Source of the DNA: Planctomycetota bacterium
Lineage (GTDB): Bacteria > Planctomycetota > B15-G4 > JADJEK01
NCBI GenBank assembly: GCA_044225365.1
Contig: JBGAIQ010000043.1
Location: forward strand, 1 to 50,019
Direction of reading: 5' to 3'
Length of the DNA stretch: 50,019 nucleotides
Shown here: piece by piece, positions 1-9,733 of the stretch
Position numbering within the stretch: position 1 is the first letter of the stretch
Layout: each line of letters starts with the position of its first letter
Program-made: the position numbers and the translations under genes
Notes under the pieces: model-generated
Databases searched by the model: none
What the model saw: the letters and a program-made list of their open reading frames with translations, nothing else
What the model was told of the DNA's origin: nothing

Positions 1-1389
1 ATCCTGCAGTCGCACGGCGATCCCGCTGACTGGCAATACTACGGCGCCGCCATCGCGACGCTCGGCGACCTCGACCATGACGGTTTCGAGGACTTCGCGG
101 TCGGTGTCCCGATCCATTCCTTCCCTCCGAAGGTTCCGAGGGTCCTCGTGTTCTCGGGCCATACCGGCGCGCAGATCTTGAACGTGCCGAATCCGACCGG
201 CACGGCGACGGGCGCGAGCTTCGGCAGCTCGCTCGCGGGGTTGGGAGACGTCGACTCCGACGGCACACCGGACCTCCTGATCGGTGATACCGGAACCACG
301 ATGAATCCGTTCACGGTGGTCTCGGGCGCCACAGGATCCGCGATCTACGGGCTCGGACAGGCGAACGGGATCTACCTCGCGGGCAGCGGCATCGCGCCGA
401 TCGGCGACAGCGATCTCGATGGCGTCGTCGACTACGCGGTCCAGGTCGTGACCTATCCGTCGCAGAACGTTCTCGTCGAACTGCACAGCGGCGCGACCGG
501 CGCCAAGCTCCAATCGCATCCGAAACACTCCGCGAGTTCGCGCATCGGCGACGCGATCTGCGCCGCGGGGGACGTCGACCTCGATGGCCGTCCGGATTTC
601 GCCGTGAGCGAGCGCAGCCTCTCGTCCCCGAACACGGCGGGCGGAGTCTACGTCTACTCCGGCGGCAACAGCGCGCAGCTCAGCCTGGTGAAGAACCCGT
701 TCGTCGGCGCGAGCCTCGATAGTTTCTTCGCGTATTCGCTCGCGGGAGGATTCGACGTGAGCGGCGATGCGCCGCCGGACATCGTGATCGGCTCGCCGTT
801 CTCGTGGACTTCGGTGATCGTCGCCGACGCGGCGACCGGGAAGTGGAACGCGGCGTTCGCCACGCCGTCGAACGGCTACGCGGGATGGTCGACGGCGATC
901 GTTCCCGACCGCAGCGGCGACGGCATCGCGGAGATCGCTGATTCCTGGCCCAATCCTGCGAGCGCGTTCGAGCCGAACCTGCGAGTGCGCAAGGTCGACA
1001 AGACCTCGGTCGAGCCCTTCGGCTTCCACTGCGCGGGGTCCGGGGGCGCGTTCGCGACGCTTTCGGGCAGCGTCGTTCCGAATGGCGCGCAGGAGACGAT
1101 CGGGATCACCGTGAGCGCGGGCCTTGGGGGCGCTCCGTGCGCGATCCTTGCATCCCTGCCGGGCCTCGCGCCGTTGAACTCCGGCTGCGGCGTGCTCTTC
1201 CTCTCGCCACTGATCCAGCCGCTCGTCGTCTTCGCCACGCTCTCGGGGTCGGGCCCCGGGAACGGCACGCTCTCGGCCGCGGGCAACGTGAACCCGGGCT
1301 TCGGAGTCATCGCCCTCCAAGTGGCGATCGCGGACCCGGGCGCTCCGAAGAGCCTCTCGCTCACCAACGCGATCGTCGTGAAGGGCTGA
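1..1389 (+). CDS. Secreted FG-GAP (integrin-alpha-like beta-propeller) protein, 5'-truncated by the window edge
   Basis: Frame 1 is open from base 1 (ILQSHGDP...GDLDHDGFEDFAVG). Repeated GD[V/L]DxDGxxD Ca-binding motifs. The C-terminal domain (FGFHCAGSGG...QVAIADPG...LTNAIVVKG) is shared with 4786-6435 and 6484-8175. Confidence 0.88.
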   Translation: MLQSHGDPADWQYYGAAIATLGDLDHDGFEDFAVGVPIHSFPPKVPRVLVFSGHTGAQILNVPNPTGTATGASFGSSLAGLGDVDSDGTPDLLIGDTGTTMNPFTVVSGATGSAIYGLGQANGIYLAGSGIAPIGDSDLDGVVDYAVQVVTYPSQNVLVELHSGATGAKLQSHPKHSASSRIGDAICAAGDVDLDGRPDFAVSERSLSSPNTAGGVYVYSGGNSAQLSLVKNPFVGASLDSFFAYSLAGGFDVSGDAPPDIVIGSPFSWTSVIVADAATGKWNAAFATPSNGYAGWSTAIVPDRSGDGIAEIADSWPNPASAFEPNLRVRKVDKTSVEPFGFHCAGSGGAFATLSGSVVPNGAQETIGITVSAGLGGAPCAILASLPGLAPLNSGCGVLFLSPLIQPLVVFATLSGSGPGNGTLSAAGNVNPGFGVIALQVAIADPGAPKSLSLTNAIVVKG

Positions 1390-1494
1390 TTCGCGGCGAG
1401 ATCTTGCATTGTCTCGTCGCCCCGCGGCCACTCTCGCGGTGAAGAACCGGAGAGTACGGATCTTCCGAGAGTCGCGGGACGGCAGGACGATGGC

Positions 1495-4400
1495 ATGAGC
1501 GAATCGGTGGAGTCGGAGTACGGCGAGATCGAGGATCTGCTCGCGAATTCGCGATGGATCAGCGGTCTCGCCCGTCGCTTGATCCTCGATTCGGGCCTCG
1601 CCGAGGACGTGATCCAGGACGCCTACGTCGTGGCGCTCGAGAATCGAGCGCGCATCCGCGGCAGGATGTCCGGCTTCGTCGCGGGCGTGATCCGCAAGCT
1701 TGCGTCGTCGTCGCGGCGGGGGGCGGCCCGGCGCAGCGAACGAGAACTCGCCGCTGCCCGGCCTGACGACGGACGCGACGACGTCGATGTCTCCACGAGC
1801 GTGGCGAACGTCGAGCTGCAGAAGCGGCTCGCCGATGCTCTGCTCGCGCTGCGTGAACCCTACCGGCGAGCGTTGCTTCTACGTTTCGTCGAGGATCTCC
1901 CGCAGCGGGAGATCGCTCGCAGGCTCGGCGTCCCGCTCGCGACCGTCAACAGCCAGATCACGCGAGGCCTCGCGATCCTGCGCGAGACTCTCGCGCGCGA
2001 TGGCGACGCGACGCCCTGGCTGTCCGCGGCCCTGCCGCTCGCCCTCGGAGGATCCGGCTCTCCCATCGTCCATTTCGTCGTGTTGGGAGTTCGGATCATG
2101 AGCCTGAAGCAACGAATCACCGTCGCGGCCGCCGCTGCCGCGATCCTCCTCACCAGCGCATGCTTCTTGTTCGCGCCACGGGAGGACGCTGAGACGAAGG
2201 CCGTGGCATCGCGTAGAGAATTGGCTGTTGCGGCTGCTCCAGAGGCAGCGATTCCCGAGCCTGCTAGCGGCTCGAACGCGAACCCGACGTCGGTACGCAA
2301 GGCCGTGGAGGCGGCGAACGACGCGGACATCGACAGCGTCGACATTGCGGTACGAGTCATGAGCGAGTCCGACCGAACTCCAGTCGCAGGGATTCGCGTC
2401 GAACTGGCGTCGCAACTGGATTCCAAGACTCTGCGCGACTCGAACCACTCCGCGTTCGAGATGCTCGGCGGACTCGCACCATCGTTCGGCGAGCGCTGGG
2501 ATGCGGTGGGTGAGCGACACGTGACCGACGCCGATGGGTGGGTGGTGCTGAAGGCGCCCACAGGCCTCAGTCTCGGAATCTCGGCCTACGACGGTCGCCA
2601 ATTCGGAAGTGTACGTGTCCGTCCCGGTGTCTTGAAAGCCGAGCTGATCGTTGCGCCCATGGTCGTCGCGGACGTCGACGTGGTGGATGCGTCCGGGAGT
2701 TCCGTGGCCGGCGTGCCGATTGCGCTCGCAGCGGTCTCGAGCGGGAGGAATCCGAATCCATACCTCGTCGTCGTGAGCGATGCCAACGGTCGAGCGAGTC
2801 TGCCGATCTCTCCGTGCTTGGACCTGATCTCCGGAACCAAAGACGACCTCATCGTCCGCATCGAACTCCCACTCGGATCCGCGCCACAGCGCGTGATCTC
2901 ACGCCGTGGCGAGCACGTTCGCCTCGTGTTGCCGCCGACGGCATCGCTCGTGGTGGACGTCGAGTCGGATGTGCCCCTGCCCGAGCGATCGATGGTCATC
3001 CTCGCTGCTCCAAGCTCGCCAGAGGGAATCGCGCCCCCATTCTGCGCCAGTTTCGTCGACCACGGAGTCGCACGTTTTCCCTTCATCGGCCCGGGTCTTT
3101 CGCTCGCGGCGATCGTCGTTCGTCCTCTCGACCCGTTCTCGAGCCCGCGAGCGGAGGATCGCGTCGCGACCTCGCCGGTGCCGGGAGCGGTGAGTCATGC
3201 GATGCTGCGATTCGATGCCCGTCGGTATGTCTCTTTCCGTGGCCGTTTGATGAAGGGCGATTCCCCGTGGGGCGGCGCGCTCACCCGGATGGGCTTTGGA
3301 GCGAAACTGCAGACGCTCGTCCGCGGGGAAGCGGATGGCACGTTCGAGCAACGGCTCGTGCTTCCCGACGATCCCGGAGGGGAGACGGTTCTCGAGATTC
3401 GCGAGAGCTCGACGCAGGCAGTCGCGAAGATCCCGTTCGACCGCGCCAACGCACAGAAGTCGGGAATCGTCGACCTCGGAGACTGCGCGCTAGCGCGCCC
3501 ACGCATGGGCGCGGGAGTCGTGCGGGACGATCGCGGCCATCCCGTGGCGGGAGTCACCGTCTACTTGTCGCGACGGACCGAGTCGGAAGGAGTTCCCTGG
3601 GAGCCGATCGAAGGCGCGGGTCATGCGACGACCGACGATCGGGGCCGCTTCGAATTGCTGGGATCCCCACCGACGGGAGATGCATTCATCGCGGTCCGTG
3701 CCACGTCGATGGCCCTCCTCGGAACGCCGGTTCCGTACCGCTGCGCGGATGACCTGGAGATCGTCGTACCGTCGCGGTTCGGCTTGGAAGGACGGCTGTC
3801 GTTGGATGTGGGCATCCCAGGCGAAAGCGTGCACCTCGCTGTCCGGCGGGAGAATGGCGATTCGCCGCCGGCGCTCGTGAAGGGCTCATGGCTGCAGATG
3901 ACCGTCGAGAAGGATGGGAGCTTCCGGAGAGAGGATCTCGCTCCCGGTTCGTACACGCTTGCCATCGGTCTGTCGAGGATCGACGACGCGCCGCTCCTCA
4001 TCGAGGGCATCGACGTCGGCTCCGGCGCGGCTCCCGATCCGCGCGTCCATCCGCTCGACCTTCGCGGTCGCTATCGAACACTCGACCTCGACGTGAGGGA
4101 CGAGGTCGGAAACGCGCTGCACGGATTCGCGATCGCGCGCTTGCCGGATCGCACGTCACGACAGCTCGGCGACACGTCTCGGCTGTTGATCCTGCGCCGC
4201 GACGAGCGGCTTGCGACGGTGATCGTCTCTGCGGAGGGCTTCGCCAGCGAGAGCCTCGGATCGCTCGAGGGGCGCGAGGGCACGATCCCTGTCGTCCTGA
4301 AGCACGACATGGTCGTCGAACTCGAATGGCCGGATCCGAGCGCGCTGCCGCCGCCGCCGGTCACGATCTCCGCGGCGCTCGCCGAGGTCGGGAAATCGGA

Positions 4401-4662
4401 CGGTCGAAGCACGTCATCGAGCGACGACCCGATGTTCGATGCGGACGGCATCGTCCGGCTCCGCGTGCCGCGCGCCGGCAACTACTACCTCAGCGTGACC
4501 GTCACGCGCGTCGACGGGAGAGTTGGGCATTGGGCGTTCGTGACGGATCGTGAGAAGTGCCCGGTCGTCACCGTTCCGCCGGCGGGGGCGGATGGCATCC
4601 CGCGCATCCGCATTCCGCTCGAAGCGGACGCCGCGACGAAGGCGCTCACCCGTCTCAACTGA
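1495..4662 (+). CDS. ECF sigma-70 factor with transmembrane segment and long extracytoplasmic C-terminal extension (carboxypeptidase-regulatory-like/Ig-like repeats)
   Basis: Sigma2 (AEDVIQDAY) and sigma4 (LALREPYRRALLLRF...REIARRLGVPLATVNSQITRG) in the first ~170 aa. Hydrophobic segment VAAAAAAILLTSACFLF. Repeats such as VVDASGSSVAGV, GVVRDDRGHPVAGV and TTDDRGRF. Confidence 0.88.
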   Translation: MSESVESEYGEIEDLLANSRWISGLARRLILDSGLAEDVIQDAYVVALENRARIRGRMSGFVAGVIRKLASSSRRGAARRSERELAAARPDDGRDDVDVSTSVANVELQKRLADALLALREPYRRALLLRFVEDLPQREIARRLGVPLATVNSQITRGLAILRETLARDGDATPWLSAALPLALGGSGSPIVHFVVLGVRIMSLKQRITVAAAAAAILLTSACFLFAPREDAETKAVASRRELAVAAAPEAAIPEPASGSNANPTSVRKAVEAANDADIDSVDIAVRVMSESDRTPVAGIRVELASQLDSKTLRDSNHSAFEMLGGLAPSFGERWDAVGERHVTDADGWVVLKAPTGLSLGISAYDGRQFGSVRVRPGVLKAELIVAPMVVADVDVVDASGSSVAGVPIALAAVSSGRNPNPYLVVVSDANGRASLPISPCLDLISGTKDDLIVRIELPLGSAPQRVISRRGEHVRLVLPPTASLVVDVESDVPLPERSMVILAAPSSPEGIAPPFCASFVDHGVARFPFIGPGLSLAAIVVRPLDPFSSPRAEDRVATSPVPGAVSHAMLRFDARRYVSFRGRLMKGDSPWGGALTRMGFGAKLQTLVRGEADGTFEQRLVLPDDPGGETVLEIRESSTQAVAKIPFDRANAQKSGIVDLGDCALARPRMGAGVVRDDRGHPVAGVTVYLSRRTESEGVPWEPIEGAGHATTDDRGRFELLGSPPTGDAFIAVRATSMALLGTPVPYRCADDLEIVVPSRFGLEGRLSLDVGIPGESVHLAVRRENGDSPPALVKGSWLQMTVEKDGSFRREDLAPGSYTLAIGLSRIDDAPLLIEGIDVGSGAAPDPRVHPLDLRGRYRTLDLDVRDEVGNALHGFAIARLPDRTSRQLGDTSRLLILRRDERLATVIVSAEGFASESLGSLEGREGTIPVVLKHDMVVELEWPDPSALPPPPVTISAALAEVGKSDGRSTSSSDDPMFDADGIVRLRVPRAGNYYLSVTVTRVDGRVGHWAFVTDREKCPVVTVPPAGADGIPRIRIPLEADAATKALTRLN

Positions 4663-4785
4663 CCCGCGGCGCGACGGGCGCCGGAGTCCTTCGTTCGAAT
4701 GACGCCGCCGAAACGCATTGGGCCTCCATCGTGCCTTCGGCTACACTCCGGTTCGTGCTGAGCGGCACGAGCCGAGGGTGAGGTC

Positions 4786-6435
4786 ATGTATCGATCGTCG
4801 ACGCAGGCGAGTGGGCGAAGTCTCAGGGTTTCTTGGCGTACAGGGTCGTTTGCCTTGGGCGTCGTACTCGCGTGCGCCGCTCCGGCGAGCGCGCAGTCCG
4901 TGATCTCGGCATTCGGCAATTTCCCGTACTCGAAGCTCGGCGACCGCATGGTGAAGGTCGCCGATGCGAATGGCGACGGCCTCGAGGACTTCGTGCTCTC
5001 GGGCGATCCGGGCTTCAGCGTCGGGCCACCCTACGCGACCGTGGTGCTCGTATCCGGTTCGAACGGCACGTTGCTCCAGACGCACAGCGATCCGCAGTTC
5101 GCGTCGGGATATGGCGCCTCGCTCACCGCGGCGGGCGATCTCGATCACGACGGCTTCGGCGACTTCGCGTTCGGCGCGCAGTCGAACAGCTCGGGCGCCG
5201 TCCCGCGCGTGCTCGCGTTCTCGGGCAAGACGGCAGGCTTGCTCTTCGAAGTGCAGAATCCGTTTGGGACGTCCTTCGGTGGATTCGGCCGGCCGCTCGC
5301 GGGGATCGGCGACGTGAATGGCGACGGAACGGACGATCTCGCGATCGGGAACCCGTTCTCGACCGTGTTCCCGCTGACGGTGGTCTCGGGTGTCGACGGC
5401 GCCACGATCTACTCGCTGATCAACGAGCACATCGGCGTCGGTCTCGCCGCGGTGGGCGACGTCGACCAAGATGGCGCAGTCGACTTTGCGATGCAGGTCG
5501 ACGACACATTGGATTCGATCGCGATCCACAGCGGCGCAACGGGAGTGCTTCTGCGATCCGTGCCGTCGCACTTCCCGGGCGCGGATTTCGGCAAGTCGAT
5601 CACCTACGCCGGCGACATCGACAACGACGGCGTCCCCGATCTCGCCGCGAGCGACCTGCTCTCCGTGGGATCCACCGCCGGACTCGGCGGCATCTACGTG
5701 TATGCGGGCGCCACGGGTGCGGAGATCGCACAAGTGCGCAATCCGTTCTACGGGAGCTTCTACGGCGGCGGCTTCGGCCTTGCGCTCGCCGGCGGGGAGG
5801 ACGTCAGCGGCGATGCGAAGCCCGATCTCGTCATCGGCACACCGCTCTCGCTCTTGCCCGTGATGGTCGCGGACGCCGGAACCGGGCAGTGGCGCGCGGC
5901 GCTTCCCACCGCGCCGAACGTCGTCCAGGGCCGCGCGGTCGCGATCGTCGCGGACCGCAACGGCGATGGTGTCGCCGAAATCGCCGACAGCGCGGGAACG
6001 ATCGCATTCGCTCAGGTCTCGAGCCTGCGGATCCGCGCAATCGACAAGACGAGCGTGGAATCAGTGGGGACGATCTGTCCCGGCTCCGGAGGCTTCACTC
6101 CGGTGCTGCAGGGTGGGATCACGCCCGCGGGTGCGAACGACTCGATCTCGATCCAGGTCTCGCAAGGCCTGGGCGGCGCACCCTGCGTGATCCTCGCGTC
6201 GCTTCCCGGGATCGTGCAGACGAGCACGTCGTGCGGCTTCCTGTTCATCTCACCGTGGATTTCGCCGCTCACGATCGTGACGACTCTTGGCGGAACCGGC
6301 CCGGGACAGGGAACGCTCGCTGCGGGCGGCAACGTGCTCGCGGGATTTGGCGCGATCACGATCCAAGCCGTCGTCGCCGATGCGGGCGCGCTGAAGAGCC
6401 TCGCTCTTTCGAACGCGCTCGTGATGAAGGGATGA
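4786..6435 (+). CDS. Secreted FG-GAP repeat protein
   Basis: Signal peptide ending APASA-Q. Seven DxxxDG-type motifs. Shared C-terminal domain ending LSNALVMKG. GAGG upstream of the ATG. Confidence 0.9.
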   Translation: MYRSSTQASGRSLRVSWRTGSFALGVVLACAAPASAQSVISAFGNFPYSKLGDRMVKVADANGDGLEDFVLSGDPGFSVGPPYATVVLVSGSNGTLLQTHSDPQFASGYGASLTAAGDLDHDGFGDFAFGAQSNSSGAVPRVLAFSGKTAGLLFEVQNPFGTSFGGFGRPLAGIGDVNGDGTDDLAIGNPFSTVFPLTVVSGVDGATIYSLINEHIGVGLAAVGDVDQDGAVDFAMQVDDTLDSIAIHSGATGVLLRSVPSHFPGADFGKSITYAGDIDNDGVPDLAASDLLSVGSTAGLGGIYVYAGATGAEIAQVRNPFYGSFYGGGFGLALAGGEDVSGDAKPDLVIGTPLSLLPVMVADAGTGQWRAALPTAPNVVQGRAVAIVADRNGDGVAEIADSAGTIAFAQVSSLRIRAIDKTSVESVGTICPGSGGFTPVLQGGITPAGANDSISIQVSQGLGGAPCVILASLPGIVQTSTSCGFLFISPWISPLTIVTTLGGTGPGQGTLAAGGNVLAGFGAITIQAVVADAGALKSLALSNALVMKG

Positions 6436-6483
6436 CCGCAGGACGACTCTGAACCGCTGCTTCGACGACAAGAGGAGGTTCTC

Positions 6484-8175
6484 GTGCAGATCGACTCGCA
6501 GATCGACTCATGGGAGCGACGAACGCGGCTGCATTGCCGGACGTTCGCCCCGGCATCGCGTCGTTCATCTCGCGCGATCGTGGTCGCGTTCTCGACGATC
6601 GTCGGCGCGGGCACCGCGGCCGGGCAGAGCGTGATCGCTTCGTTCGGGAACTATCCGTACGCATCGCTTGGCAATCAGATGATCTCCATCGCCGACGCGA
6701 ACGGCGACGGTGTCTCCGACTTCGTCCTGTCGAACGACAACGGCGGGCTGTCGGGATCGCCGGGCTCCACCGTCGCGCTCGTGTCGGGCGCGACCGGAGC
6801 GATGCTACATGCGCACAGCCATCCGCAAATCCCGAAGGGATTCGGCGTCAGCATCGCCGATGCCGGCGATCTCGACCACGACGGTCGCGAGGATTTCGCG
6901 TGCGGCGCGATCCAGCCGCTCGGGACCGCCGCCTCGCGCGTGCTCGTCTACTCGGGCGGCACGGGCACGACGATCCTGGAGGTGCTCAATCCCTACGCCC
7001 CGTCGCAGGTCGGCTTCGGCGCGTCGATCGCGGGACTCGGGGACGTCGACGGCGACGGAACTCCGGATCTCGCGGTCGCGAATCCGGACTCGGTCGTGTT
7101 CCCGCTCACGGTCGTCTCCGGCGTCGACGGGAGCACACGCTACGTGGTCCTGAGTGAGCGCATCGGATCGGGTCTCGCGACGATCGGTGACGTCGATCTC
7201 GACGGCACGCCTGATTTCACGATGCAGGTCGACGACGTGCTGGATTCGATCGAAGTGCGAAGCGGATCTTCCGGAGCGTTGCTCTCGACGGCGACTTCGC
7301 ACTTCAGTTCCGCGACGTTCGGCGCCGTCATCGTGGCCGCGGACGACGTGAATCAGGATGGCGTTCCCGACTTCGCCGCGAACGAACTCTACATCTCGCC
7401 CGGGACGTACGGCCTCGGCGGTGTCCTGGTCGAGTCCGGCGCCGACGGATCGCAGATCGCTGCCCTACGCAACCCGTTCTATCAGTCCTTGTGGGCACCC
7501 ATGTTCGCGATGCGACTCGCCGGCGGCGGCGGCGACGTCGACGGAGATGGGAGGCCGGATCTCCTGATCCTCTCGCCCGAGATCAACCTCCCGCTTCCCG
7601 TGTGGATCGCGGATGCGGCCACGGGTGCGACTCATGCAACGTTCACGGTCGGAAACGTCGGCACGCCGCACGCCCTGGCGATCGTTCCGGATCGCAACGG
7701 CGACGGCATCTCCGATATCGCTGACAGCCTGGGCCAACCTGCATCTTCTGCGACCGCCACGATCCATGTCCGGACGCTCGATGCTCACAGTGTCGGCACG
7801 GTGCCCTTGAACTGCATCGGATCGGGCGGATTCAAGCCGCTCCTCCAAGGCAGCGTCACGTCTACGGCCGGCGGCGAGACGGTATCGATCGCCGTCTCTT
7901 CAGGCCTGGGCGGCGCGCCGTGCGCGATCGTCGTATCGGTACCGGGACTCGTGCAGATCCCGAACAAGCAGTGCGAGCTGCTCTACGTGTCGCCGTCGAT
8001 TCCGCCGCACGTGACTCCGGCGACGCTCTCGGGCGCCGGGCCCGGACAAGGTGCGCTCGTCACGGCGGGAACCACTGCAGCCGGATTCGGTGGGATCTCC
8101 ATCCAGGTCGTCATCGCGGACCCGGGTACCGCCAACGGCTGGACGATGACGAATCCGATCTTCGTGAACGGCTGA
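6484..8175 (+). CDS. Secreted FG-GAP repeat protein, paralog of 4786-6435
   Basis: AGGAGG RBS before the GTG. Mature N-terminus QSVIASFGNYPY matches QSVISAFGNFPY of the upstream paralog. FG-GAP motifs and shared C-terminal domain. Confidence 0.88.
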   Translation: MQIDSQIDSWERRTRLHCRTFAPASRRSSRAIVVAFSTIVGAGTAAGQSVIASFGNYPYASLGNQMISIADANGDGVSDFVLSNDNGGLSGSPGSTVALVSGATGAMLHAHSHPQIPKGFGVSIADAGDLDHDGREDFACGAIQPLGTAASRVLVYSGGTGTTILEVLNPYAPSQVGFGASIAGLGDVDGDGTPDLAVANPDSVVFPLTVVSGVDGSTRYVVLSERIGSGLATIGDVDLDGTPDFTMQVDDVLDSIEVRSGSSGALLSTATSHFSSATFGAVIVAADDVNQDGVPDFAANELYISPGTYGLGGVLVESGADGSQIAALRNPFYQSLWAPMFAMRLAGGGGDVDGDGRPDLLILSPEINLPLPVWIADAATGATHATFTVGNVGTPHALAIVPDRNGDGISDIADSLGQPASSATATIHVRTLDAHSVGTVPLNCIGSGGFKPLLQGSVTSTAGGETVSIAVSSGLGGAPCAIVVSVPGLVQIPNKQCELLYVSPSIPPHVTPATLSGAGPGQGALVTAGTTAAGFGGISIQVVIADPGTANGWTMTNPIFVNG

Positions 8176-8198
8176 GCGCGTCGCTCGAGCCGCCGGCC

Positions 8199-9587
8199 TC
8201 AGTTCGCCTTGGCCTTGCACTCGCCGCACTCGCAGAGGCGGCGCAGCCGATCGAACGTGTAGAGGCCCGTAGAGTGACCATCGCTCCAGGTGATCTGCAC
8301 CGCGTAGCGACCCGAGGCCTGGATGTTCTTCGGTCGGATGTTCGGATCGATGAACTCGAGGACGAGCTTGCGGGTTCCCGTCTGCTCGTCGACGCACGCG
8401 GCGCACGAGCAGTTGAAGCGCAGGCGCTGGAAGTTGTGGATCGAGTGGTGGCCGTCGTCCCACTTCATCTCGAGGCGGGCGCCGTCGGCGTTGACTTCGA
8501 TCGGCGTGCCGGATTCGCTCTTGCTCATCGCAATGGTGGAGAGCGCAGCGGCGACTCGCGCCGCGAGATCCTTGAACGCGCGCGCGGTCGAGCTGCCCGG
8601 TGCCGCGACGAGGATCGGGACGCCTTCGTCGCCGAGCGCCGCGAGTTCGGGCTCGATCGGGACTTCGCCGAGCAAAGGGACGCCGAAGCTCTCGTGCGGG
8701 CGCTTGCCGCCGCGCGGCCTGAAGATGTCGTAGCGCTTGCCGGTGTCGGGAGCGATGAAGTACGCCATGTTCTCGACGACGCCGAGCACGGGCACGCGAA
8801 CGGTGCCGAACATCTTGAGTCCGCGCTTCGCGACTTCGGATGCAACGTCCTGCGGAGTCGTGACGATCACGGCGCCCGAGAGCTGCGCGGTCTGAGTGAT
8901 CGTGAGCTGGATGTCGCCCGTTCCCGGCGGGAGGTCGAGGACGAGGTAGTCGAGCTCACCCCATTCGACCTTGGTGAGGAATTGCTGGATGAGACCGCTC
9001 GCCATCGGCCCGCGCCAGACGACGGGAGTCTGATCGTTGATGAGCATGCCCATCGACATGAACTTCATGCCGTGCGCATCGAACGGGAGCAGCTTGCCCT
9101 GCGGCGTCGTCTGGGCGTCGTTCTTCAGGTTCGGGCCGCAGACCATGCGCGCTACGGAAGGGCCGTAGACATCGGCGTCGAGGAGTCCGACCTTGGCGCC
9201 GGTCGCCGCGAGCGCGGCGGCGAGATTCACGGCGACGGTCGATTTGCCGACGCCGCCCTTGCCCGAGGCAACCGCGAGCACGTTCTTCACGCCCGCGAGC
9301 ACGGGTTCCTGCGGCCCGCCCGTGGCCCGGGTTCCCGCGCGCACGGCGGCCGTCATCTGGACGTCGACGCTCGTGACACCGGGAAGGCTCCTGATCTCGT
9401 TCTCGCACTGCGTGCGCAGGCGGTCCTTCACGGGGCAGGCCGGCGTCGTCAGCTCGACGACGACCGACACCGCGCCTCCTTCGATCGCGACCTTCTTCAC
9501 GAAGCCGAGGGAGACGATGTCCCGATTGAGGTCGGGATCCATGACGCGGGAGAGGACGGTGAGGATCGAGTCGCGGGAGAGAGTCAT
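8199..9587 (-). CDS. apbC: Mrp/ApbC/NBP35 Fe-S cluster carrier ATPase with N-terminal DUF59 and C-terminal DUF971 (HCF101-like architecture)
   Basis: DPDLNRDIV...TTPACP (DUF59), GKGGVGKS P-loop, DADVYGPS, WRGPM, DLPPGTGD, C-terminal CSCAAC...GRYAVQITWSDGHSTGLY. Start taken as MTLSRDS. Confidence 0.88.
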   Translation of the reverse strand: MTLSRDSILTVLSRVMDPDLNRDIVSLGFVKKVAIEGGAVSVVVELTTPACPVKDRLRTQCENEIRSLPGVTSVDVQMTAAVRAGTRATGGPQEPVLAGVKNVLAVASGKGGVGKSTVAVNLAAALAATGAKVGLLDADVYGPSVARMVCGPNLKNDAQTTPQGKLLPFDAHGMKFMSMGMLINDQTPVVWRGPMASGLIQQFLTKVEWGELDYLVLDLPPGTGDIQLTITQTAQLSGAVIVTTPQDVASEVAKRGLKMFGTVRVPVLGVVENMAYFIAPDTGKRYDIFRPRGGKRPHESFGVPLLGEVPIEPELAALGDEGVPILVAAPGSSTARAFKDLAARVAAALSTIAMSKSESGTPIEVNADGARLEMKWDDGHHSIHNFQRLRFNCSCAACVDEQTGTRKLVLEFIDPNIRPKNIQASGRYAVQITWSDGHSTGLYTFDRLRRLCECGECKAKAN

Positions 9588-9733
9588 AGGGGCGATGGGC
9601 CGTTGGCGATTTGCGGTTGGGTCAGACGTGAGGGCGCTGCACGCTCGCACGTTCGAGCGCCCACTTCGAACCATGCAGTTGAGCAGAGAACCGGCGATTC
9701 AGGCAAGCCGAAGCGAAAACGTTTCGGCGTGTT

